From: Callorhinchus milii
Taxonomy: Eukaryota
Assembly (NCBI RefSeq): GCF_018977255.1
Contig: NW_024704743.1
Coordinates: forward strand, 29,886,001-29,950,000
Length of the DNA stretch: 64,000 nucleotides
Reading direction: 5' to 3'
Shown here piece by piece: positions 48,696-59,992 of the stretch; positions within the stretch are counted from its first letter, which is position 1, and every line of letters begins with the position of its first letter. The position numbers and the translations under genes were made by a program. Under the pieces are notes generated by a model. It was not told the DNA's origin. It did no database searches and saw only the letters and a list, made by a program, of their open reading frames with translations.

Positions 48696-49780
48696 GTGAG
48701 TTTTAGCATTTTGATATTTTTACCTCATTGTTTTTATTTTTAATCAGCCGGGTATCAGAAACCCATCACCAGACAAGATTGTCAGTTAATTTACTGACTC
48801 CTTGACGGTCATTTATCGTAATCTCTTCTTGCTGTTGATGGAGTTTCTTATCAAGATCTCAGCCAGCGTTAAGAATTTTACTGGTGACTTGAAATTCGCT
48901 CACTTTATTTTTTCTTTTCCACTATTTTTGCCTTCAATTTCCTCCCTCCTCTCCTGAAAGTGTTTGACTGCCTTTTCCCCCCACTGTGGCGGTACACTTC
49001 TCTGCTTGTACCTTGGCAGTGTGATCTTATAATGGGAATGCAAAATGATACCTGAGGAAGGAGGGTGAATGAAAGGGAAATGTTTTAAGCTAGTTTGTGA
49101 TTCTTTCCCTCAGTTCTTGTTAACTCTGCAATTCAAAGGCTCGATGGGTAGGGTGGGTCTAACTCGACAAGCAGCAGCAAGTTTGCCAGACAGTGGTCGA
49201 AATGGAAAGCTTGTTTTAGCTGGTTAAACTCCCCTAACTCATACTCTGCAGACCCCAAGCCTTGGTTCTTGCCAGCCTGCGCTAATACTGGGATTAGGTA
49301 AGCAGGGTGTGTCTCTCTAGGAAGAGAGTCCATACTCCGTTCCAGACACGGAGAAATTTCCATTCATATGTGGAAGTCTTCGTAATTTGGTTTGGATACT
49401 TTAAGTATGATGATGAGTTTCCCTGTGTATCAGGTACCTAGCTAACCAGAACAAAATATATTGATGTTACTCAGATGGCAATTTGTTTTAACAAAATACT
49501 ATTGCATTTTCAATGTTTACACTGGACTTTCCAGCATATATAGTAAGCACATTTGTTATAATAAATAATAATAATCCTTATGTTTGATATAGCACCTTAT
49601 CGCATTGTTGAGACATCTCATTAAGGGCTTCACAGAATATATAATAATAATCCTTATCATTTGAGATAGCGCCTTATGTCGTTGAGATGTCTCAAAGCGC
49701 TTTGCAGAATATATTGCAGAGTGGATTGACTGTGTTTTGTGGGCGAAACGTGGTGTCTAATGTGTCTGTTCTACTTCTAG

Positions 49781-49903
49781 TCTGTTTTCTGAAGTGCTCA
49801 GGGCATGGATACTGTGACCCCTTTAGCAAGCGCTGCATTTGTTATCCGTTCTGGATGGAAAATCTGATGCGACGCTACTTTGATAATGGAGAAAGCAATT
49901 GCG
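49781..49903 (+). CDS. KIAA0319: KIAA0319 exon 18 (Cys-rich EGF-like/C6 region)
   Basis: ttctag|TC...TGCG|gtgag; VCFLKCSGHGYCDPFSKRCICYPFWMENLMRRYFDNGESNC; 123 nt. Confidence 0.95.
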
Positions 49904-50683
49904 GTGAGCAGCAATGATACTTCTTGCATTTCTTTATCACTTTATCACTTTGGAAAGTCTCAAAACACTTCAATGTCATTGGAGTAAAAATGAGGTCCTT
50001 GGTTCTCAAAACAATCTTAAGAAATGAGTCAACGTTTTCGAGTAGCAATGTAGATTTTATCAAATTCTAAAATTCCTGGAAATGTTGTGCACATTGAGGA
50101 GAGAGCTTACTAACCAGGTGCCTTCCCAACACTATCAAACTTTCCATTGAACAATAAAGAAAGGATTTGTATTTTTATATGGCTTTATAACCGGGAATCA
50201 TCTCAAAGCTCTTGATAGTCTTGACAGTGATTACTGTCAAGTGCAGTAAGCAATTTTATAGGCAAACTCAGCAATTATTTGGACGCAGCTAGGTCCCACA
50301 AACTGCATGACGTGAACAACTAATTTATCTAGATGTTAACCAGGATACCAATCTTTTCAAATAGTGCAATAACATCCACCTGGACAGGCAGATGGGACGT
50401 TGGTTTAATGTATTATCTGAAAGACAGGTCCTCCAACAATATGGCGCTCCCCAGCTGGAGTGGCTGCTTAGCCTATGAACCCATGTTGTTTTGTATAGAA
50501 TAAGCCCGTTATAATGCGCCTCACTGCATAGCTGGATCAAATGGGTTGAAGAGCCTGCTTCACCTGAACCTCTCTGGCAGTCTTCTGGTTTACACTGAAC
50601 TACAAAGGCAGTTGCCTCCCTTTTACTATCCCAGAGCATCAAAAACTTGTGTGCTTTATACCCTGCTGTTCATCTCTCTACAG

Positions 50684-50774
50684 AGTGGAGTGTCCTGTAT
50701 GTTGTTTTGTCAGTGTTTCTAATCATCGTGACATTGGGAGGAATCTGCTGGACATGTGTTTGTTGCTGCAGAAG
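50684..50774 (+). CDS. KIAA0319: KIAA0319 exon 19 (transmembrane helix)
   Basis: ctacag|AG...GAAG|gtaata; EWSVLYVVLSVFLIIVTLGGICWTCVCCCRR; 91 nt. Confidence 0.95.
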
Positions 50775-50784
50775 GTAATACTAT

Positions 50785-51167
50785 TAATAATCCTTGCATT
50801 TGATATCTCGCTTTATCACAAAGTGCTTTATTTGTGCTTATTCACTTTATTTGTGCTTATTACAAAGCGCATCACAGAATACACTGTAAAGTGAATTGGC
50901 TGTGTATTTTGTGGGCATAATGTGGCAGCCAATTGCGCACAGCAGTGTCCTACATACAATTGCGGATTGAGTGATCACATTCTAAGGAATTTTATCCCTG
51001 GAAAAGCGATCCATCAATTGACAAACAACCGGGTTCCTACTTACTGCTAGGTAAACAAAAGCTTGTGGAGTAAGGAAACTTGTCCAGTGTTTCACCCTAC
51101 CGGGAATTGAACCCAGGTCCTCTACTTGCAAGGCGAGTGCTCTAACCACGAAGCTACAGGACTCCAC
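50785..51167 (-). mobile_element. Young SINE (long form, full length)
   Basis: Fills most of the intron between exons 19 and 20. Confidence 0.9.
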
Positions 51168-51254
51168 AATACTATTGCACATCCAGAGAATCAGCAGCAG
51201 TGGGTGGGTTACTGATCTAACAGTGTCAGACCTTTGTCTGTGTCTCATCTACAG

Positions 51255-51343
51255 GAAGCGAACCAAAGTGAGGAAGAAAAATAGATACACCATCCTGGAT
51301 AACATGGACGATCAGGAGCGCATGGCGCTGAGACCAAAATACG
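51255..51343 (+). CDS. KIAA0319: KIAA0319 exon 20 (cytoplasmic, YTIL motif)
   Basis: ctacag|G...TACG|gtttgt; KRTKVRKKNRYTILDNMDDQERMALRPKY; 89 nt. Confidence 0.95.
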
Positions 51344-52224
51344 GTTTGTGCTGTTCCCACAAATAAGATGAAGAGATGGGACTTTATCATTTTAAATAAT
51401 ATGAATCCATTGAACTCACATGTTGCTAAATTGAAGCTTTTAACACACTACTTATTGGACAATTTTGTATGTGGGTGGTCTGATTCATTTCGTTGTTGGC
51501 TGGGCCAAGAGAAAATTATGGAATTATTTGCCAAAAATTGTGGGGAAATTTGATACATTTTGCATTAGATTGTGGGGGGTTAATTGGTGTTATTGAGAGG
51601 CATATTTTACTGCTAACCTACATTTTTGTACCTACCTGATTGTTTGGGAGAGGCCAGAGGTGAGACCCTCACTCTGGGAGAGGAGTGAAAAGCCAAATGA
51701 AGTGGTGGCCGGGAACCTGTCATTTTCGTGCACTTTGCGCCCATTGTCCAGCGATGTTAAAGCAAACAAACAAAATAATGGCCCAAAATGTATCCCAAAG
51801 GCCGCCTGCAATCTACGATCACATGAAGCACTGAGCTAGCAGCCTCTCAGTTTGACAAAGGGGTAACAGTCTAGTAGTTATTTATAATTACCAAAGTTTA
51901 ATGTGCTCGGTTTCAGAACAGTGGGGTTCTCATAGCCCTCTTCTGATATGGTAGGAACAGCCCACTCCTCTTTCTCACCCCCAACATCCCATTCTGAATG
52001 TCAATATCCCGAAGTATTTTTTAGCACAGGAATCAGTTGACTTGCTCCCTCCACACCAGCTCACCTCGGAATTTACGAAAGTTTAGTTTTAATTTTGTAG
52101 CTGGTTAGCAAGAGAGTGCAATCGAAGTAAATCGTTCCAGTGGAGGAGTTGACACCAGCACGCACACAATGGCCTCGTTCTATGCTGTAAACGTGTGCTT
52201 CTGGTTCTAATAGGTGCAAATTAT

Positions 52225-52609
52225 TATTATAATTATAACGGTCCTTGCATTTGAGATAGCGCCTTATCACTTCAGAGACGTCTCAAAAGCGCTTCACAGA
52301 ATATACTGTAAAGTGAATTGACTTGTATATTTTGTGGACAAAACGCGGGCAGCTAATTGCCACGACAATGTCCTACAAACAGTCATGGATTGAGTGACCA
52401 CATTATTATTATTATTTATTTATTTTGTAGGGATTATTACCCCCGGAAAGCGATCTGCCAATCGACTTAACAACAGTGCTCTTACTTACTGCAAGGTAAA
52501 CCGAGGCGTGTGGAGTAAGGAAATTTGCCTAAGGTTTCACCCTGCCCGGGAATCGAAACTGGGTCCTCTCGCTTGTGAGGCGAGTGCTCTAACCACTGAG
52601 CTTACAGGT
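52225..52609 (-). mobile_element. Young SINE (long form)
   Basis: Head ends about 40 nt before the last KIAA0319 acceptor. Confidence 0.9.
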
Positions 52610-52651
52610 TCTCATGGGTGTGACCTGTTTGTTCACTGTTGTTCTCCTCAG

Positions 52652-52827
52652 GTCTGAAGCACAAAAGCACAGAACACAACTCGAGTCTGATGATCTCCGA
52701 GTCTGAGTTTGACAGCGACCAAAACACCCTCTTCAGCAGAGACACTGTGGAGAAGGGGGGTCAGAAAGCTGCCAACGGCTCACTCAAAAATGGAGTCTCC
52801 TTCAGCTCTCATCCCAAAAACAGGTAG
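52652..52827 (+). CDS. KIAA0319: KIAA0319 terminal coding exon
   Basis: cctcag|GT; GLKHKSTEHNSSLMISESEFDSDQNTLFSR...NGSLKNGVSFSSHPKNR then TAG at 52825-52827; matches the KIAA0319 C-terminus. Confidence 0.95.
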
Positions 52828-53364
52828 ATCCCAGAGCAAATGACTACCTGCATTCCCAATGAACTTAACCTTTCAGTACAAAACTTTACCCACAATCATC
52901 CACTACTTGGTTTAGCAAAAAAAAAGCCTTTTCACAACTTTAAGAGACTTTCCGAGGCTTATAAAGAAACAGCCCAAGGAAGGGAGAGGAGCTTTGAGTT
53001 TCATGCTCAACATTGCTATCCTGGCAGCAAAAGTATCTGACATGAACTGGCTTTTGGGGCAACATATCTTCTAAATGTGCTTTCAGCTTCCTGTAGATCT
53101 AGAATGACTAGACTTTATTATTAAACTTGGTCAAAGAAGGGATAACTGGGTCACTGTTGAGAGAAGCCTGCAGCCACACAACCCAGTATATGCAGAATTT
53201 TCTGCAGGTGATTCATTGCTCTCCAAATGTGCAGGGCGGCTCAAATTGTTACACTGGACACGGCTTTACAATGTGCGACTCGGGATGTGTCTAAAAAGCT
53301 TCAGCAGAGTTTGGAGGGATATTCTGAAGTGCTTTTTAACTGTAAAGATTAAGTCAGCTGCAAT

Positions 53365-53370
53365 AATAAA
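53365..53370 (+). promoter_or_regulatory. Candidate KIAA0319 polyadenylation signal (first AATAAA after the stop)
   Basis: AATAAA about 540 nt downstream of the TAG; usage unknown. Confidence 0.35.
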
Positions 53371-55730
53371 CAATCATTCGAATCTCAAAAGAGAAAAATA
53401 ACTGTACAGCAAGGAAAAAACACAATTATTCATGTAATAGTGTACAGGTTAGCCGCAATGTTTGTCTTTCACTGTGCTTTTAATGCAAAGATCAGTACAA
53501 CGTAGAGACGTGGCTTCTTGTACGATTGGTTTGTGGAAACTTTGTTTTTCCTGTATACACTGATTAAAAACCAAGGGTTTGATGGACATGAACATCTCTT
53601 TCATTGATGCTCTTCATTTGTTTTCTTACCTGTGAACTATGAGTAATGGTTGCCATCTAGTGGTTCCTTACTGCTTGCTGCATGATTATGCAGTTTGTGA
53701 TGTTTGGGTCTCTCTCGAGTGAACATAGCTTCATGTGTGCTTGGTGGTGAGGGTTATGCAGCACGAATCGCACTTCTTAATATCGGAACCTGAATTGTCA
53801 GGGTACAAAGTCAATTATGTTAAGGCAGGTGCAATCACTTTCAGTCTTATAAAGTGAGTTTTTTTTTTAATTGTTCTGTCGAAATGGAACAACCCTGCTT
53901 TTGGTATCTGTGACATAGCGATCGCTTCGGACCTGATTCATCAATACTCTTTGTGCCAAATAGTGGGGTTATTTTGAGCTGTGATCCAGTCCTCATCAGT
54001 AATTAGTTGGACACCACCATAGCTCTTTGATTGGCAGTGGAAAGAGAATGCTTTATCTCAACGATGTTGAGCAACATTCAGAACCAGTTCCAGAAGTGAG
54101 AGGACAGACAGCACATTAACCCACTGGAATTTACACTCTTGAGATTCCAGTTTGGACTGAAACCTGATTGTAGTTTAAAAAGCTAATGTTATATCAATAC
54201 CTCGTCAAGAGGAAACCAAGCTTTATATTACCAAACAATCCCAGCCTACGATTTCTATTGGTAGGACAGTGACAAGTTATATCATTCTATTTAAACAATA
54301 ATACTTGCATTTGATACAGAGCCTTATCACGTCTTTGAGACGTGTTTCAAAGCACTTCACAGGAATATATTGTAAAGTGGAGTGACTGTATTTTGTGGGC
54401 AAAACACAGCCACAATTTAGGTGATTGAAGTTGAGGAATCTACTATTTGTCATTTTTATGGGTTATCTCAATGAGGAGGAAGAGGAGGGTCAAGGCTAAT
54501 AGAAACTGAATTGTATCTATTCAAAGCAAACCAGTGTTGGAATGAAAAACATTCAGAGATGTGTCTGAACACAATGTGTACAACCAGCTTTTAAGTTTCT
54601 TCAAAATTTATTCTTTAACATTATAATCAGGGTCAAAATTTACACACACAATTTACAAACTAACCACTGTTATTACAATAAACTAGGTGAATTTCATACT
54701 TGTACATAATGGGTCAATCAGGGAGTTAATAGTAAACATGTTTTCAATTCATTTGAATTACCAAAATAAACAACTAATAGTTACAAATCCTATTTAACTT
54801 TAGTTATACCTTGGCATATGAAGAGATGAGGTGTAAAGTTTTGATGACTACAAAACAATGGAATCTTATTGCCTGGTGGGTTAGCAACCCTTATGGAAAA
54901 ATATGTGGGTCATGCTAACCATGTGGGAATTACAAGGAATAGTTAACCAGAATTAACCATTGAACATTTAATTACCCATTGAAAGAGATTCCAAGTGATG
55001 TGGAAATCTTTTACATTGTTCGTTGAACATAACTAAGAGCACCTTTGCACATGGTTAACACACCCAGCAAATTTTACACATGAGTAATTAACCCAACCTG
55101 CAATTTGTACACATCGATTGTTAACCCAACTCACAAATTAGGTTAAACAAGCATGGAAACAGTTAACATTGAGTAAGTGGCACCTTTATGATTGCACACG
55201 GCTAATATACTCTGATAAAAAATAAGTTAGTATTTTTGACAGGCAAGACGTTGTTTTAAGCTCCAGAGATAAGCATTGGATTGCTCTCAACCAACATTGC
55301 AGAAATTATATCAGAATAGCACAGCAGCATTTCAAAATATTTTGTTTCACAAAATATTACAGAAAAATCAATTGTTAAAGATAATAAAAGTACAAGACGA
55401 TCTTCTATTTAGTAGTAAGTAAAGCAAGTACTAAGGATGGACCAGGAACAAAATTGTGCTTTTCTTTAATAGATTTAATTTAATTTTAAATTAAAGTATA
55501 ATTCCCTCCTTCATTAAAAGGCAAACATCATAGTAAGGATGTACATGATCAGTCCATGTTAAAACAGCCGCACTAAGTATAAATACAGTGCGATGTCAAG
55601 GATCATTGCTTCATTACAGATGAGACAAAAATGCATGTTATTCACATTAAGGTAATGCTAACATAATTTTTAGTACGGAGTTCTGATACAGGACGGTTAA
55701 CAAAATAACCTTAATAAGTGTTCATGTGCT

Positions 55731-55736
55731 TTTATT
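55731..55736 (-). promoter_or_regulatory. Candidate proximal ALDH5A1 polyadenylation signal
   Basis: AATAAA on the minus strand 15 nt after the TGA, followed by CA and a U-rich tract (ttattttgtt). Confidence 0.4.
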
Positions 55737-55751
55737 ACTCCAGCTCGCCCT

Positions 55752-55957
55752 TCACAAACCTCCAAAGCACACATACTTTATTTCCAAATACTCCTCAATG
55801 CCGTACTTGGAGCCTTCTCGTCCAAGGCCGGATTGTTTAACTCCACCAAAGGGGGCCTCGACGGTCGAGAGGAGAGCCTCATTAACCCCAACTATTCCCA
55901 CTTCCAGACGCTCAGCAACCCGCCAGATTTGGGCAGGATCTCTGGAGTAAAAGTAGC
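55752..55957 (-). CDS. ALDH5A1: ALDH5A1 (succinate-semialdehyde dehydrogenase) last coding exon
   Basis: Minus strand [68 protein letters not shown] then TGA; AG acceptor at 55958-55959; 206 nt. Confidence 0.96.
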
Positions 55958-56254
55958 CTGTAACAGCAACAAAAGATAATGGAATTCTTTGAAACAGATA
56001 AGCAAAAGTATGTCTTATTAAATGGTATGTTTTATTATGTTACAATGCTATTCAGTTTTAAGAACCTGTATTTAAGAACATAAGAATTTGCTAGGCAAAA
56101 GAAGATCAAGGTCCATCCATTTCGCCTTTCAACATGCACATGTCATGTCCCAAACTATATACTATATCCCGAGATATTATTTAAGGTTTTTGATAGCACC
56201 ATATATATACATATCCAAAACTCTCAAGCTATTTTACAGTAATTACTGTTAAGA

Positions 56255-56834
56255 GCAGTATTTAGGGCAAATGGGCATCAAGTTTGCACGCAGCTGAATC
56301 CGACAAACAGTCATGAGGGGAATGAATGGTTAATCTGGAGGATTGTTGGTACTGGGAGAAACACTAGGACGACTGGAAGAAACTCCCTTCTTTTTTCAAA
56401 TAGTGGCAGGCGATCTTATAAAGTCTACCTCAAGGACATGATCAGTAGAAACACAGTACTCCCCCAGTACTGCCCTAGAGCATCATCTTAGACCAGGGGT
56501 CTCCAACTTGTCGATGGCAGCTAGGTGGCGATTTGCACATGTCAATGAAAACGAGGAACAATATTTACTTCAGTTTAAATATTAAAGTTTATATTTTTAT
56601 TTTGAGATGCATGAAATACTTTGTGCATCTGGCTTTGTTTTCAATTGGACTCAATAACTTGGCAGTCCTATCACTCCCTCCTCTGGCCTTTCTGATCATG
56701 AGCGAGAGCGCCGCCTAGAGGCGATTGACCTGTTGGAGACCTGTCTTAGACTATGAGCTCAAGTCCTGATGTAGATCTTGACCCACGACCAACTGAGTCA
56801 GGGGGAAAATTCTACCAGTTGAGCTAAGATGACA
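56255..56834 (-). mobile_element. Older DeuSINE-like SINE split by a hAT MITE
   Basis: gaaactcccttcttttttcaaatagtggc...cagtactgc [MITE] tatgagctcaagtcc...ctaccagttgagctaagatgac. Confidence 0.65.
56494..56743. mobile_element. hAT (Charlie-like) non-autonomous MITE
   Basis: Termini caggggtctccaac / gttggagacctg with an imperfect inverted repeat of about 40 bp; identical 8-bp TSD tcttagac at 56486-56493 and 56744-56751. Confidence 0.88.
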
Positions 56835-57037
56835 TCTTTACAAACCGGCCAACGCATTTCATCAAATGCAACCCGTTTGTGGGCCAATAAGATTAAAGAC
56901 TTGGTGGTTCATTTGGTCAAAATCAAAAGTAGAGCAGTTTTTCTTGCTTCTAGTTAGAATCCAAAATGGACATTTCAGTTTGTCCAGCGCACCTTTTAAT
57001 ATCGATCAGTGCCATACTCTTTCATAAACATACTTAC

Positions 57038-57096
57038 CAGCCAAGCCCACGTCGCAAGCATTTGCTATGGCAAGTGCCTCCTCTTCAGTCTCAAAC
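57038..57096 (-). CDS. ALDH5A1: ALDH5A1 exon
   Basis: FETEEEALAIANACDVGLAG; 59 nt; cag| acceptor and |gtaagt donor on the minus strand. Confidence 0.95.
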
Positions 57097-57879
57097 CTGC
57101 AAGCATGAAAAATTGTGTGGCTGGTAAGAATCTCATTAGCCATGTGAGAATGAGCTGTATGTTGATAATATTATAAACAATAAACCTTTGCACACACCCT
57201 GAAATCATTTTTTTTTAAAACATTTCTAAAGCAACAGAATTGTAAAGGGGTGAACAACATTTCACCTCCGTTTTGATCATTGTTAATAACATAATAATAA
57301 TCCTAAAGTTTAGATGTATTTCAGATCTAGGTTAATTTGTAGGTGTGTGTTTGTGGTGGGGGTGGTGGGGTTGGCCGTCACAAAACTGCTTTTGGCATGT
57401 CTCATTTTATGGTTGGCTCCTAGCGCAAGAGTATGCTATGAAAAAGGGTAATTCAGGCCCATTCCCTCCACAGCCAACATTAATCTCTCATGAACTTGAC
57501 CCAAATTCCTCGACCATCTAAGGGAGGTAACCGACCACTAGCAATTATTTGAGAAAGGCAATCAAACTGAACTGCAGAGAGGCACTGCCTCAAATACTGA
57601 GCACGCAGATGTGGACCAGCCTTAACTGGAAGGTGCACCAGCTTCTGGTACAGCTTCCTGTGCTACCATATGGCTGACTTTTGGGATGTAACTTCTTGCT
57701 TTCACTCTCCCCCTCTTCCCACCTTTCTCTCTCTACCCTTTGTCTCTCTCTCTCTCTTCCCTTGTATGTGTATTAAAATCCTTCTCTAACGTTTGCTCCC
57801 AATAAATTGCATTCTCAGGAAAAATAATAAATACTGCATATGCTCAAAAATCAAACACCACCACTAGTTTTTCTCTTAC

Positions 57880-58049
57880 TTGATAACTGGTGCCAAAGGA
57901 CCAAATGTCTCCTCTCTGGAACACAGCATGTCGGGGGTGACATTGGAGAGAAGAGTGGGCTCAAAGAACGTTCCTCCGAGACTATGCCGTTTCCCCCCGG
58001 TCACAACACAGGCACCATGAGACACCGCGTCACTTATGTGACTCTCTAC
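57880..58049 (-). CDS. ALDH5A1: ALDH5A1 exon
   Basis: [57 protein letters not shown], with the ALDH EETFGP motif; 170 nt. Confidence 0.96.
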
Positions 58050-58427
58050 CTAGGGCACAAAGTAACACAAGACTTTTTTTATTTAAAAATAGTTTTGAGT
58101 TACACTGAGGTTTTAGAAAACGACAAGTTACAAATCTGGATGTATTCCATAGTCATTGCAGCACAGGAGAAGGGACTGCTATTCAACCAAAACCTACTGG
58201 TGCCAATTCCTCCACTGGAGCTATTTACTCTATTCCAAATATCCTTCTTTTTCCCCTGTAACCTTTTATATTTGTCCTCTTGAAATAATTAAGCCAGCTC
58301 CCTTATGAATGTGCTTATAGTCTGAGCCTCAATGGCTTCTTGTTCCATTTCCTAATAAACCTCTGTGTGAAAACGTTTCTTCCAACACTCTCCTTTAACT
58401 CTTCCAGTCTGATGACTGATTTAATCA

Positions 58428-58610
58428 CCAACAACAACAACAAAATTACATTTATAGAGCGCCTTTTACATCAGGAGGACGTCCCAAGGTGCTGGACAGT
58501 CAGGGGTCAGGACCCGAGCTTGGGAGAGGGGTGGGGTAGGGGTGAGGGAAGGCAGAGAGGTGGGAGGTTGACCAAAGACACGATCGATGAGGAGGGTCTT
58601 GAAAACTGTT
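58428..58610 (-). mobile_element. L2 3' end fragment
   Basis: (caa)n tail followed by atagagcgccttttacatcaggaggacgtcccaaggtgctggacag. Confidence 0.82.
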
Positions 58611-59162
58611 CTTGAAAACTGTTCTCATCAAGTGAGAACAGTTTTCATTAACTTGTGTTAATCTTAATTGGAATTCAGAGAAGAAATCAAGTTAGTGTAC
58701 AAAACAAATTGGTTGCTATGTATGTTGATCTACAAATGGAGTCACTCTAGAGTAAAATCGTCTGAACCGCTTTGGGGCGACCTCCTGATGTGAAAGGAGC
58801 TATAACAAATGCCAGGTTTATTATTATTATAAATCTGTAACGTGAACATGAATAGACATTTCAGATTTAATTACTTTACACAGCGAATGGGGAAATACAT
58901 GGGAAAGACTACGCAGGGAGGTGGTGAGAATCAGATTGTGCCAACAAATTCAACAGCAAATTGGACAACTCAGTCATTTATTTGGCAAATAAGTTTTAAA
59001 AGTACCGATGGTGTGGAACAGGGTTTTTAATTTTGCTTTAAAAAAAATGGTGCCTCATGGCCAAAATCATATTCCAAAAAGGAAGAAAATAAAGATCAGC
59101 TTAGATCAAAAATCTGAAACTTCTTGCCATGACTTAGCAAACCACTGTGCGCTTTTTATTAC

Positions 59163-59321
59163 CTTTTTCACCGCTCTTTCATTGATAAGAGGACCCTGTG
59201 TTGTTTCCTTCTCAAATCCACTTCCCACACGCAGGTCTCTCTCCATCGCCTTGGCGAGCTTCTCCACAAAGACATCATGGATTCCTTTCTGAACCATGAA
59301 ACGATTTGCGCAGACGCACGT
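59163..59321 (-). CDS. ALDH5A1: ALDH5A1 exon containing the catalytic Cys
   Basis: [53 protein letters not shown]; 159 nt; GQTCVC active-site loop. Confidence 0.96.
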
Positions 59322-59547
59322 CTATTTTCAACAAAGAATCAAAAAGGTAGCATCAGTGTTCAAACAAACAGTTTTCTTCACAGCCCTGGCAATACTGAGT
59401 GATGCAAAAGGACAAGACGCCCAATATTTCACCTAGACTTAACCTGTAAGAACCATTCTATTTTACGTTCTTTTCAAAAAGGAGAATGGACGTTTCTTCC
59501 ACTGTCCTGACTGGCAGACCCCCAAATAAAAATGGTCATTCACCTCA

Positions 59548-59992
59548 TAATAATAATAATAATCCTTGCATTTGATATAGCGCTTTTCATGTCGGGAGGA
59601 CGTCCCAAAGCGCTTCACAGCAGGACTCATGGCTATTTGTAACAACATAACTTGAATTTATATAGCGCCTCCCAGAGTGTTCATAATAATAATCCTTGCA
59701 TTTGATATAGCGCTTTTCACGTCTTCTAGACGTCCCAAAGCGCTTCACAGAATATACTGCAAAGTGAATTGACTGTATATTTGTGGGTGAACGCGGCAGC
59801 CAATTGCGCACAGCAATGTCCCACAAACAGTCATGGATTGAAAATGACCAATTTATTATTGTTTTTGTTTTTTAGAAGGATTATTATTAGGCGTGTGGAG
59901 TAAGGAAACTTGCCAAGGTTTCGCCCTGCCTGGAATTGAACTCAGGTCTCTCGCTTGCAAAGCGAGTGCTCTAACCACTGAGCTACAGGACT
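59548..59992 (-). mobile_element. Young SINE (short form, 59684-59992) plus an extra tail fragment (59548-59621)
   Basis: Two stacked tails; head ...ctaaccactgagctacagga. Confidence 0.88.

Noticed and set aside
57840..58283. 147-aa + strand ORF
   Set aside because: Antisense shadow of an ALDH5A1 exon running into intron and CR1-derived sequence.
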